Shown piece by piece: positions 55,639 to 64,000 of a DNA stretch of 64,000 nt (position 1 is its first letter; the number at the start of each line of letters is the position of its first letter). Source of the stretch: an uncultured Thermodesulfatator sp. (GTDB taxonomy: Bacteria > Desulfobacterota > Dissulfuribacteria > Dissulfuribacterales > QOAL01); contig CAZOMT010000033.1 of the NCBI GenBank assembly GCA_964581255.1, positions 111,527 to 175,526 on the forward strand, in the 5' to 3' direction. The notes beneath the pieces were generated by a model. It was not told the DNA's origin and made no database searches. It saw only the letters and a program-made list of their open reading frames with translations. The translations under genes were made by a program, and so were the position numbers.

Positions 55639-56598
55639 ATGAAGGGTCTTTTATCAATAGTTCTATGTATCATCGTAGCAAGTCTTTACCCCATGGGGCA
55701 AAGGGCAGGTGCTGTTTGCACAGATGATACGGCATCCCTTGGCAATGCCACTATTCAAGATGCAGAGGACTGGGTCGTGGATTTTGTGAACAGGTTTAGG
55801 ACAGAACCAAACAAGGCCCTGGAAGAGCTTGGTATAGAAGGTACCATCACTCTTTCAAGACATGGTGATATGGTGTGCAACTGGTATGGCTGTTTTTACA
55901 AGGAATCCGATACCTTCCCTGTCGCAAGATCGGCTGTGTTAGACGGTTTTGCTGAATACTGGGCAGAAAAAATGGCTGAAGAGGGGTTTTTTTCATACGA
56001 GGCGCCAGATGGCTCTACCATCAAGGACTTGTTGATCCATACAGGCTACCCCTCTGCAAATGGGACCCAGATCATATCAGCCGTCCTCATAAAGGACTTC
56101 AAGGATCCTTGCCAGGCAGTCCATGTGATAATGCAAAATTTGCTCGAAAACGGGATGGTTGACAAGGAGCTCCAGGGTAATGCCGCACAGTTGTTGGCCT
56201 TTCAATACAATTCCATTGGCTTGGCATTGAAGCCGGCCCTTTTCTCCATGGCTGATGGTTCTGTTGTGGGGGCCTATTATCTGGTGATCTTTCTGGACAG
56301 GCCAAAGGATATATTCCGCTCAAGCATGGTCCATTGTGGTCATGTATACAGGGATCTGAATGGTGACGGGTTCTTTGAAGATGGAGAAGGCCTGCCAGGG
56401 TTGTTGTTTTATGACAGCGCTGGTGATAACATCGCCAAGACATACAGGGATGGCATGTTTTGTGTGGAAAAATCCACAGAAGAATGGACTTGGCGCATAG
56501 ATGACAGGTATCTGCCTGGAATGGATCTTCATGCATTATCCTTTTGGACCAATGGAGAACTCAGGCAAGACATAGATTATGACAAGCTATACCAGTAG
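55639..56598 (+). CDS. Secreted protein, CAP/SCP(YkwD)-like domain plus C-terminal SdrD-B-like segment (tentative)
   Basis: The signal peptide is MKGLLSIVLCIIVASLYPMG. A CAP-like pattern follows (VDFVNRFRTEP...FAEYWAEKMAEEGFFSYEAPDGS). The C-terminal VYRDLNGDGFFEDGEGLPGLLF resembles SD-repeat B-type domains. The track ORF begins 26 codons earlier. Confidence 0.45.
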   Translation: MKGLLSIVLCIIVASLYPMGQRAGAVCTDDTASLGNATIQDAEDWVVDFVNRFRTEPNKALEELGIEGTITLSRHGDMVCNWYGCFYKESDTFPVARSAVLDGFAEYWAEKMAEEGFFSYEAPDGSTIKDLLIHTGYPSANGTQIISAVLIKDFKDPCQAVHVIMQNLLENGMVDKELQGNAAQLLAFQYNSIGLALKPALFSMADGSVVGAYYLVIFLDRPKDIFRSSMVHCGHVYRDLNGDGFFEDGEGLPGLLFYDSAGDNIAKTYRDGMFCVEKSTEEWTWRIDDRYLPGMDLHALSFWTNGELRQDIDYDKLYQ

Positions 56599-56634
56599 CG
56601 TGAATAGGATTTATTTTGTGTTTCAAACAGGACG

Positions 56635-57132
56635 ATGAATAAAACAATAAATATGAAATACCACGAAAATGATATCTTCCAGGAAGGGTTTGTTGCCGAT
56701 GTGAGAAATCGTATTGGCAGCCTCTTACTCTTGCTTCTTGCAACGGTCTTTTTGTCTTCCTGTGCCGGACTCAATCTGAGGCCAGATCCACAGTCAGACG
56801 TGAGACAGGCTGCTGAAAATTATTGGAATGCAAGGGTTGCCGGAGATTGGGTTACATGCTATAAGTATGAAGAGGTTTCTAAGCTCCAGAAGGAATCTTT
56901 GTCTCAATATGTTCACCATCAGGGTAATCTCATCTATAAGTCAGCCATAGTGAAGGGCGTTGAGATGAAGGGTCCCGACAAGGCATTGGTTCAGGTGTCT
57001 CTCGAATATTGCCTGCCAGCCTTTGGCACAAGCCACGCGTTCAAAACCGATTCGAAGGATACATGGGTTAGAATTGATGGTAAATGGTATCATCATGTCG
57101 AAGATAGATTGATGGACAAGATGAATCGCTGA
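56635..57132 (+). CDS. Small lipoprotein, NTF2/SnoaL-like (tentative)
   Basis: The lipobox is FLSSCAG. AAENYWNARVAGDW resembles NTF2-like folds. The start is uncertain: ATG at 56635 or 56653, or GTG at 56701, which would give a canonical 21-aa lipoprotein signal. Confidence 0.5.
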   Translation: MNKTINMKYHENDIFQEGFVADVRNRIGSLLLLLLATVFLSSCAGLNLRPDPQSDVRQAAENYWNARVAGDWVTCYKYEEVSKLQKESLSQYVHHQGNLIYKSAIVKGVEMKGPDKALVQVSLEYCLPAFGTSHAFKTDSKDTWVRIDGKWYHHVEDRLMDKMNR

Positions 57133-57223
57133 AGGAAGGAGGTGATTGCCAAAAAGGAGGGATATTAGATAAAACTTAATTGGCTAGGAACGAAAAATTA
57201 ATTAAAAACAGGAGGTTTTAGAA

Positions 57224-58249
57224 ATGAAGAAGTTTACATCATTGGGAGTAGCAATCTTTGCTGCATTAATTATGGTTGGTATCACCAGCCAGGCAAATGC
57301 CGTAACTCTTGGCGTATATGACAAGGGTCTTCTCGTACCTGTGACAACACACGGTGCACCTGGAATCGATACAGCAGTAGGTATCCTCTGCTCCACTGAC
57401 ACAACCGTCTACTGGACATTTTTTGACAAGCAGTCAAACCCAATCGTTGACAGTGAGTTTCCTTGTACAGCCAACGACCTGTACCACTTCTCACTCAACA
57501 ACGAGGCCCCAAATACAGAAAACGTAGAGGGCTATCTGGTATTTACCGCAAACGGCGGAAGGACTGCAAGAACAGGAAAGACCTCTATCCTCCAGAGCGA
57601 CAATGCCACTATTTCTGGAAATGCATTCCTCATCGACACCAATAGCGATGATGCGATCTTTCTGCCTGTGGTACCCATGTGTATAGCAGACTATGCTGCC
57701 GGCATCGATCTTACAGCCATGACAAATACGTCTGTTATCAGCCTCAACTACGGCTTCACCAGGGGTGATAACTGCTACATCGACGTACGCTACTGGCTGG
57801 ATCCACAGTATGGCGCTTGCACAAATGTCATCCTCTGGACAACACAGTGCCTGAACGAGTACTGGAAGTGGGGAGGCCTCTATCCTCTTCCAGACAATTG
57901 CTACTACGATACAGATCCGACAAGCACAACTCCTTATATCATCAAGTGCCACCTGAACGTGTATGATGACGAAGAGCACAGGACCTCTGTGAGCATTCCT
58001 CTCCAGTGTGAAGTCCACAACTTCTTCCCATCAAACATCACTGGTTGGCCAAACTACATAGATGGTTTCATCCGCATTCCATCTGTAGACCTGATGCCAA
58101 ACGAGACCGACGGTGCATTCGGCTTCTCCTATGTGACAAGCACCACCTTCAGGGCTGCCCAGTCTCTTCTTGCCAGCGAAAACTGCGGCACAAAGGATTG
58201 TGGACGTCAGCAGCCTGCTCCACCACAAACCTGTGGTTGCGGACAGTAA
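57224..58249 (+). CDS. Cysteine-rich secreted protein of unknown family, probably abundant
   Basis: AGGAGG lies 8 nt before the ATG. The signal peptide is MKKFTSLGVAIFAALIMVGITSQANA|V. The mature part has 13 Cys and 4 N-x-S/T sequons, with a C-terminal CGTKDCGRQQPAPPQTCGCGQ tail. A strong terminator follows. Confidence 0.75.
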   Translation: MKKFTSLGVAIFAALIMVGITSQANAVTLGVYDKGLLVPVTTHGAPGIDTAVGILCSTDTTVYWTFFDKQSNPIVDSEFPCTANDLYHFSLNNEAPNTENVEGYLVFTANGGRTARTGKTSILQSDNATISGNAFLIDTNSDDAIFLPVVPMCIADYAAGIDLTAMTNTSVISLNYGFTRGDNCYIDVRYWLDPQYGACTNVILWTTQCLNEYWKWGGLYPLPDNCYYDTDPTSTTPYIIKCHLNVYDDEEHRTSVSIPLQCEVHNFFPSNITGWPNYIDGFIRIPSVDLMPNETDGAFGFSYVTSTTFRAAQSLLASENCGTKDCGRQQPAPPQTCGCGQ

Positions 58250-58299
58250 GGATAGTTATTTAGCATAGGCCAATATAAGGCCACTGACATGGATCAAAG

Positions 58300-58331
58300 G
58301 GCGGTAGCCTCAAAAAGGCTACCGCCTTTTT
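58300..58331 (+). terminator. Intrinsic terminator after the Cys-rich protein gene
   Basis: A perfect 10-bp stem, GGCGGTAGCC (58300-58309) with GGCTACCGCC (58317-58326), has the loop TCAAAAA and is followed by TTTTT. Confidence 0.8.
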
Positions 58332-58425
58332 GCATCCATTTAGCCATCTTTTCCCTGAGCCCTTCTTGTGTTAAAGATATCTGGATCTTTTTCGCATCCA
58401 TTACAAGAGCCTTTCAAAAGTTACT

Positions 58426-59229
58426 GTGAACCATTTAAAGATATTGACAGAAAATATCATTAGGAGCCGCTACTTGCTTCTTCTCTGGGTAAAGAGGGAG
58501 ATAAGGGCGAGATATGCAGGCACTGTAGCCGGAACGTTATGGGCTACCCTCTTGCCCATCTGTACTATAGCCCTATATTTCATCTTTTTTTCCCTTGTGC
58601 TTAAGATAAAAATACCCGAAGTAGCCGGTAGCTCTGGCTATTTTTTCTATCTCCTTGCAGGGCTTGTTCCATGGATGTCCATATCAGAAGGGCTGGGCCG
58701 ATCAGCCTCGTGTCTCGTGGACTATGGCTTTTTGATCCAGAAGATGGTCTTTCCCATGGATATCATACCTGTTACCGTGGTGATAGTGTCTCTCGTTCCC
58801 CAGATAGTGGGCTTTTCGATCTATTTCATCATGCTTTTCGCTAGCCACATCATGGTGCTTGACCGGGTGGTGTGGGTGCCCCTCATATTTTTCTGCCAGG
58901 TGCTTCTTATGCTAGGCATGGCCTATTTGCTTTCAGCCCTTGGGGCCGTATTCCGTGATTCCATACAGGCGGTAGGAATATTGCTACAATTTTGGTTCTA
59001 TCTCACCCCGATTCTCTATCCTCTGAAGATGGTGCCAGCCTATTTCAGGCCACTGATCCTCTGGTCCAATCCACTTACGCCCATTGTGATGGGTTATCAG
59101 TGGGCATTCCTGGGTATTCCCATGCCTCAGTGGATGCCTGCGGTCATGGTGGCATGGACCATGTTGTTTCTCGTAACAGGGCCAGCATTCTTCCTGTTCG
59201 TGGCTCCCACCCTTGCGGATCAGGTATGA
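58426..59229 (+). CDS. wzm: ABC-2 type polysaccharide export permease
   Basis: The 267-aa ORF has 6 TM segments and an ABC-2 N-terminus (LLLLWVKREIRARYAGTVAGTLWATLLP). The apparent start is GTG. Its stop overlaps the wzt ATG (ATGA). Confidence 0.85.
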   Translation: MNHLKILTENIIRSRYLLLLWVKREIRARYAGTVAGTLWATLLPICTIALYFIFFSLVLKIKIPEVAGSSGYFFYLLAGLVPWMSISEGLGRSASCLVDYGFLIQKMVFPMDIIPVTVVIVSLVPQIVGFSIYFIMLFASHIMVLDRVVWVPLIFFCQVLLMLGMAYLLSALGAVFRDSIQAVGILLQFWFYLTPILYPLKMVPAYFRPLILWSNPLTPIVMGYQWAFLGIPMPQWMPAVMVAWTMLFLVTGPAFFLFVAPTLADQV

Positions 59230-60464
59230 TGGAATCCCTCTCTTCAAAGCTGTGCCCAGTATCTCTAAGAGATGTCTCCAAGGTTTACCGTCTTTACAAG
59301 AAGCCTTCTGACAGGCTCAAGGAATTGCTATTTAGAAGGTCCTACCATCAAGACTTCTGGGCCCTACGGGACATAAGTTTGGAGCTTAGAAAATCCGAGA
59401 CCTTTGGAGTCATAGGGGAAAATGGAGCAGGCAAGAGCACACTTTTAAAGATAATAGCAGGAACCATAAGGCCCACCAGCGGGAGGGTTGATGTAAAAGG
59501 CAAGGTCTCGGCCCTGCTGGAACTTGGGGCAGCCTTCCATCCAGAGCTTTCCGGAAGGGAAAATGTCTTCATGCAGGCGGCCATATTGGGGCTATCCCAG
59601 ACAGAGATAGAAGAGCGTTACAGGGATATTGTTCAGTTTTCCGAGCTCGATGACGCAACCTTGGAACGGCCGGTGAAGACCTATTCGTCCGGCATGTTTG
59701 TACGGCTTGGCTTCGCCATTGCTACCTGTATTTCCCCAGATGTGCTTGTGGTGGATGAGGCCCTGTCTGTGGGTGACATCCATTTTCAGAAGAAGAGCCT
59801 TGACAGGATAATGAGTTTCAGGGAGTCAGGAAGAACCATACTTTTTTGTTCCCACAACATGTATCAGGTGCGAAGCCTTTGCCAAAGGGCAATGTGGTTG
59901 AGAAAAGGCCGTGTGGAGGCTCAGGGGGATACGGAAGATGTGGTAGCAGCATACGAGGCCTATCAGAGAAAGAAGGAGGGGGGCGAGGCCGAATCCGCTG
60001 CGAATGAGCCGATTCCCACTGAGACAAAGAGATCTTCACAGGAGGCCCCTCCTGTTAGGATAAGGGATATCTCCGTGCTGGATTCCAGGGGCAATGAGAC
60101 CAAAAGGCTTATTTCCCACGATGATGCTGCAGTCAGGATAGAAGTAGAGGTCATCGACAAAAGGGTTCCATTTCATCTTGCTGTGGTCATACAGAGGGAT
60201 GACGGAATAAATATCTTTGTGACCACCACAAAACAACAGGGGCTTGAGCCTGTATCTGACGTAAAGGCCCTTACGGCTATTTTGAGGCTTCCCAGGCTTT
60301 CCATTTTGTCTGGAGAATATTCACTCTTCATCTATCTATTGGACGATCATGGTATACAGGTGCTTGATATGGCTGAAGGGGTTTGTCCATTTTCAGTAAG
60401 GGCTGATAACTCTGAGATGGGGGTTGTGGCCCTCAATCATAAGTGGGAGATATCTGGCCAGTAG
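59226..60464 (+). CDS. wzt: Polysaccharide export ABC ATPase with C-terminal beta-sandwich (Wzt_C-like) extension
   Basis: Walker A GENGAGKST, the signature YSSGM, and Walker B LVVDEALSVGD are present. About 160 extra C-terminal residues (VRIRDISVLDSRGNE...YSLFIYLLDD...) follow. The upstream part of the track ORF (58992-59225) overlaps wzm and is rejected. Confidence 0.85.
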   Translation: MMESLSSKLCPVSLRDVSKVYRLYKKPSDRLKELLFRRSYHQDFWALRDISLELRKSETFGVIGENGAGKSTLLKIIAGTIRPTSGRVDVKGKVSALLELGAAFHPELSGRENVFMQAAILGLSQTEIEERYRDIVQFSELDDATLERPVKTYSSGMFVRLGFAIATCISPDVLVVDEALSVGDIHFQKKSLDRIMSFRESGRTILFCSHNMYQVRSLCQRAMWLRKGRVEAQGDTEDVVAAYEAYQRKKEGGEAESAANEPIPTETKRSSQEAPPVRIRDISVLDSRGNETKRLISHDDAAVRIEVEVIDKRVPFHLAVVIQRDDGINIFVTTTKQQGLEPVSDVKALTAILRLPRLSILSGEYSLFIYLLDDHGIQVLDMAEGVCPFSVRADNSEMGVVALNHKWEISGQ

Positions 60465-60473
60465 CTTGGTTTT

Positions 60474-61373
60474 TCAGGCAGTTGGGCTCCACATGGCACT
60501 CATGTAGCCCCATTGCCACCACTGGCATGGCTGTTTTGAAACATCCTTCTCAAGTTCCTTTACAGCTGATTCAAATGCGTGCTTTCCATATCCTTCTATA
60601 GGCCTTATTTCCACCTTGACACGCCACTCCTTTGCCGGTTTTACCGATGCATACACCAGAGGAGCCTTGGAACGCTGGGAAATTCTCTCAATGCCTGTGG
60701 GAAGCTTTAGGACACCGCCAAGGAATGGATGGCCCTCAAGTCTTGTCACTCCTGGCGGATAGGCATCCATCAATATGAAGAGGATATCATTTTTTCTCAG
60801 TGCCCTGTATATCTCTCTAAGATCCTCTCCCAGGGTGATACCCTTTATCCTGGAAGTCTTGTAGAGTTTTTTCACCTTGTTTTGGAGATAGATACGGTCA
60901 ACCCAGTCGAGATAAGGATTGTTCTTGCTCACATCTTGGCTGAGGCTCCGGACCTTTACGCCCATAATCCCCAGGGTGAAAGGGGTCATTAGGAGTCGGC
61001 CAAAGTGGGAAGTAGCGATAATGAGACCTTTACCCTTCCTGGATGCCTCTTTTATATGCTCAACTCCAGTGATAGAGGAAAGTAAACCGATTTTTTCAGG
61101 GCCCATACGGGGCACTGTGAAGGAGTCCATTATTTCCATAGAGAGCATGTTTAAGTTTTCTCTTATGCATGCTTGTATATCTTTGGTTGGAAAGCCTTCT
61201 GTTGTAAGGACCCTCTTGATACCGTTTTCCAGTCCAGTGCAATAATCCTCCAGAGCTTTTCCGTCCATGGGTGCAAGCATCCTTGCCAGCCTGTAGGCCA
61301 AAGGAATTGGGAGGAAAGAGAGGGCTGGAAATAATAACAGAAGTTTTATGGCCTTGGAGGTCTTTGAGTACAT
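60474..61373 (-). CDS. LpxL/HtrB-family (lysophospholipid-type) acyltransferase
   Basis: The 299-aa ORF has an N-terminal hydrophobic anchor and a catalytic H-x4-D-type region (IIATSHFGRLLMT). Its overall layout is colinear with lipid A late acyltransferases. Confidence 0.65.
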   Translation of the reverse strand: MYSKTSKAIKLLLLFPALSFLPIPLAYRLARMLAPMDGKALEDYCTGLENGIKRVLTTEGFPTKDIQACIRENLNMLSMEIMDSFTVPRMGPEKIGLLSSITGVEHIKEASRKGKGLIIATSHFGRLLMTPFTLGIMGVKVRSLSQDVSKNNPYLDWVDRIYLQNKVKKLYKTSRIKGITLGEDLREIYRALRKNDILFILMDAYPPGVTRLEGHPFLGGVLKLPTGIERISQRSKAPLVYASVKPAKEWRVKVEIRPIEGYGKHAFESAVKELEKDVSKQPCQWWQWGYMSAMWSPTA

Positions 61374-61379
61374 AGCCTT

Positions 61380-62213
61380 TCAGTCTTTCCTCCAATAGAT
61401 GCCCGTCCAGTCTATTTTTTTTATTTCAGCAGTGATGCCCTGTTCCCTTCTGAAATCATCGATGGCCATCTTACAGCCCTTGAGGCCATAGTCATCGACA
61501 ATACAGAAGCCCCCCTTTGAAAGCTTCGGATAGAGGCTCTTGAGCGCTACCATTGTAGAGCCATACATATCGCCATCGAGCCGCAGGACAGATAACCTTT
61601 CCACAGGTGCATGGGGCAGGGTGTCTTCGAACCAACCCTTTAAAAATTCCACCTGTTCGTCGAGGAGGCCAAATTTTTCAAAGTTTTTCTTCACCTCTTC
61701 CAGAGACACAGCAAGATATTCATGGATATGGTGAGGGTCGCCTTGGTCCGCAGGGTATTTTTCAACATCTGCCTTTGGAAGACCTTCAAAGGAGTCTGCT
61801 GCTATTACCTTGCGGTCTCGAATTCCATATGCGGCAAGCACAGCTCGCATGAAGATGACTGCTCCTCCTCTCCAGACACCTGTTTCAATAAGATCTCCTG
61901 CAATTTTTTCCTGGATCACCGTCTCCACTGCGTATTGAAGATTGTCCAGGCGCTTGAGGCCAATCATGGTAAAGGCCTTCACCGGCCAGATCTTACCCTC
62001 CGCCCTGTCTTCAAAAGACGTGTCTTTATACTGTTCCACTATCTCAAAACCGTAACGGTTCAATATCCTTGATACAAAGGCAAGGAACCGCCTCTTTACT
62101 GGAGGTCTCAGATAGTTAAATGTTTCCAGGGGCACAGGAGGTTCAGGCCAAAAGGCGTAGGCAAGGGTCTTTTTCAACAGGTCAAGATAAAGCTTTTCAG
62201 GTGTCGTGTCCAT
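61380..62213 (-). CDS. TylF/MycF-type SAM-dependent O-methyltransferase
   Basis: GDLIETGVWRGGAVIFMR, DSFEGLP and VLRLDGDMYGSTMVAL..LSKGGFCIVDDY are hallmark blocks of macrocin-O-methyltransferase-like sugar O-MTs. Confidence 0.8.
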   Translation of the reverse strand: MDTTPEKLYLDLLKKTLAYAFWPEPPVPLETFNYLRPPVKRRFLAFVSRILNRYGFEIVEQYKDTSFEDRAEGKIWPVKAFTMIGLKRLDNLQYAVETVIQEKIAGDLIETGVWRGGAVIFMRAVLAAYGIRDRKVIAADSFEGLPKADVEKYPADQGDPHHIHEYLAVSLEEVKKNFEKFGLLDEQVEFLKGWFEDTLPHAPVERLSVLRLDGDMYGSTMVALKSLYPKLSKGGFCIVDDYGLKGCKMAIDDFRREQGITAEIKKIDWTGIYWRKD

Positions 62214-62250
62214 TTTGTACCCTATATTTGAAGGTCGGGGGAAAACATAT

Positions 62251-62480
62251 GGCTATCTCTAAAAAGCAGCCTTATATTCTGCCAACCCCGAGAGTGAAAG
62301 TGCAATTTTTGCAAGACTTTTCACGGTAAATTGTCCATTTGACATATGAAAGCGTTGCATTCGAAAAATAATCCTCAAAATATCAAGAACATGTCTGCGG
62401 TTGCTTTTTCTCATGGGCCTTGTTCTTTGAGCAAGACTCCTATTCTTAAAGGCAGCCCTATAGAGAAATTTTTGATGGAG
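62251..62480 (-). repeat. Copy D of the dispersed intergenic repeat family (inverted orientation)
   Basis: The reverse complement of 62354-62397 reads cagacatgttcttgatattttgaggattatttttcgaatgcaac, with 4 mismatches to copy A over 44 nt by eye. Colinearity continues on both sides (…ggacaatttaccgtgaaaa…ttcactctcggggttggcagaatataaggctgct…). Confidence 0.7.
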
Positions 62481-62748
62481 CAGGTTTTAATTTAACCAAT
62501 TGATTAATTCAACGACTTATTTGGAATATAAGTTCTGCAAGATTTGAGATGACACTTGCAGAAGATCCAGGTTGTAAGATGCGCTCTTACTGGCTGATTG
62601 TTTTTGGCTGCCTTGGCTTTCATCTGGAGACAGGAAACATTTTAATATTTTTTGTTTCTCAAGCAACCAGGAGCCATGATATATTTCTGTGAATTTAGGT
62701 GGCTCCATGCGAGGCATGGGCCAAGTCCGTCTGGGCCAAGGAGAAAAG

Positions 62749-63495
62749 ATGGGGCAAGAATTCGAGGGCTTCAGATATGCCTATGAAATAGATCTCGATC
62801 AGGATACCACAGCTGCCAAGGTGGTGAGATTGGTGGGGACAGGAAAAAATGTCCTCGAGTTTGGATGCGGCCCTGGCCATATGTCCAGGGTTTTGGTTGA
62901 GAGGATGCGGTGCAAGGTCACAGGGATAGAGCTGGACAGCGAGGCGGCAAGTCATGCGGAGAGATACTGCCAACGTGTGTACAATATAGATCTAGACAAT
63001 GTGGATATCTTGGAGATCGTCGAAAATGATGAATTTGATGTGCTTCTTTTTGCCGACATCCTGGAACATTTGAAGCATCCCCAAAAGGTGCTTCATGCAG
63101 CTTATGAGATATTGGATAAGAGGGGCTACGTTGTTGCCTCTGTACCCAACGTGGGTTATTGTGGCTTGGTTGGAGAACTACTTTGCGGGAAATTTCAGTA
63201 TAGAGAGCTTGGCCTTCTCGACGAGACTCATATCCGCTTTTTCACCAGGCAGAGCCTCACTTCCATGTTTGAGGAAAACGGCTTTGAGATTGGAGAAATG
63301 GATACCTTTGAGTTGCCAGTGGAGTTCTCTGAGTTCAAGGGCGTCACAGACCACTTGCCAGAGGCGGTCTGGGATTTTCTGCTAAGCTGTAAGGATTCCA
63401 TGGTATATCAATTTGTACTCAAGGCGTACAAAAGGAAAAGGAGCGGTCTAATCACGAAGTTGACAGATTATTTTGGCCTACGACAAGGAGAGTAG
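62749..63495 (+). CDS. Class I SAM-dependent methyltransferase
   Basis: Motif I is VLEFGCGPGHMS. The post-I acidic residue lies in GIELD and motif II is LLFADILEH. AAGGAGAAAAG precedes the ATG at 62749. The track ORF starts at 62689. Confidence 0.8.
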   Translation: MGQEFEGFRYAYEIDLDQDTTAAKVVRLVGTGKNVLEFGCGPGHMSRVLVERMRCKVTGIELDSEAASHAERYCQRVYNIDLDNVDILEIVENDEFDVLLFADILEHLKHPQKVLHAAYEILDKRGYVVASVPNVGYCGLVGELLCGKFQYRELGLLDETHIRFFTRQSLTSMFEENGFEIGEMDTFELPVEFSEFKGVTDHLPEAVWDFLLSCKDSMVYQFVLKAYKRKRSGLITKLTDYFGLRQGE

Positions 63496-63502
63496 AATTT
63501 TA

Positions 63503-64000
63503 TGATAAGGCGAAGTGTTTTTTATATGGCTGTGCTGTTATGCATGTGTTCACTTCTGGCAGCATGTTCCGGCCTGAAAGGTAAGAGCAAAGGCGTTAGT
63601 TCCAGCTCATCTTTAGAAAAGGAAGGCCCAGCTTATCCTGAGGCTCATGTGCAACTTGAAGCAGGAAGGGATCCTGAGAATATCCAGGCTGCTGATTTCA
63701 ATAACGATGGCCTTTTGGATATAGCAGTGGTTTCCCATGGCGATAGCTGCATCAAGATATTTTGGGGTAAAGGTGGCAGAGATTTTCAGCCAGGGCCAGT
63801 TTTAGGAAAGGATATGACAGGTTTTCATCCAGATTTTATTTCTGCTACCGATTGGGACAGAGATGGTTTTGCCGACCTGATCCTGGCAGCTGAGGGGACA
63901 AGTTCTGTGATATATTTCAGGAACATGGAAGGAAAAGGCTTCAAAAAGGCTGGTGCCATTTCTGTAAGATATCCTCCCAAGGGCATTGCAGTTGCCGATC
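63503..64000 (+). CDS. FG-GAP/VCBS-repeat lipoprotein (3' end outside the window)
   Basis: The ATG is at 63503 and the lipobox is LLAACSG. Repeats of the FG-GAP type are visible (AADFNNDGLLDIAVVS, ATDWDRDGFADLILA). The frame stays open to the window end and is not in the ORF track. Confidence 0.7.

Noticed and set aside
58992-59225. An upstream extension of the wzt ORF (78 codons).
   Set aside because: It overlaps wzm in another frame. The ATGA start/stop overlap at 59226-59229 and the ABC ATPase N-terminus (MMESLSSKL...VSLRDVSKVY) fix the real start.
62521-62545. A 17-nt exact match (aatataagttctgcaag) to the recN start region (about 26545-26565).
   Set aside because: An isolated 17-mer with no flanking similarity is within chance expectation for all-against-all comparison of a 64-kb window on both strands.

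Overview
This is a chromosomal window with ordinary gene density, called by eye from the ORF translations. No BLAST, HMM or Rfam search was possible, so every family call rests on motif recall. The gene content points to an anaerobic Desulfobacterota-type (deltaproteobacterial) organism: tungsten-type aldehyde:ferredoxin oxidoreductase, an NrfD-like membrane subunit, a 12-haem cytochrome c, and Pal/Skp/PpiD envelope genes. This taxonomic guess is inference only.

Layout:
- 1-8.3 kb: obg and proB, then a minus-strand nitrogen operon (amt, decayed amt copy, PII, glnD, glnA) behind a near-consensus sigma54 promoter.
- 8.6-26.6 kb: pal, skp, transketolase, a beta-barrel outer-membrane protein, DAHP synthase, RecD2, a peptide-type ABC importer without ATPase genes, a PHP phosphoesterase, ppiD, a PP-loop ATPase and recN.
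- 26.9-43.5 kb: a monocistronic NrfD-like gene, AOR, a glycine-zipper lipoprotein, DJ-1/PfpI, a PNPOx-like protein, a translationally coupled recC-recB-recD operon, and an isolated 12-haem cytochrome.
- 44-64 kb: a cell-surface glycan island. It holds an Fn3/PKD surface protein with an internal duplication, a processive QxxRW GT2 synthase, and a 1525-aa fusion of four glycosyltransferase-like modules with a ~125-residue coiled coil. It also holds a further GT, wecB, three secreted or lipoproteins of unknown function (one cysteine-rich and apparently highly expressed), wzm-wzt with a C-terminal glycan-binding-type extension, an LpxL-family acyltransferase, two methyltransferases and an FG-GAP lipoprotein.

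The most novel-looking signals:
- the giant coiled-coil GT fusion;
- the unclassifiable cysteine-rich secreted protein placed directly before wzm-wzt;
- an unclassified intergenic repeat family with at least five copies, two of which bracket the GT operon as direct repeats.

I found no rRNA, tRNA, CRISPR array, intact transposase, prophage or recognisable defence system.
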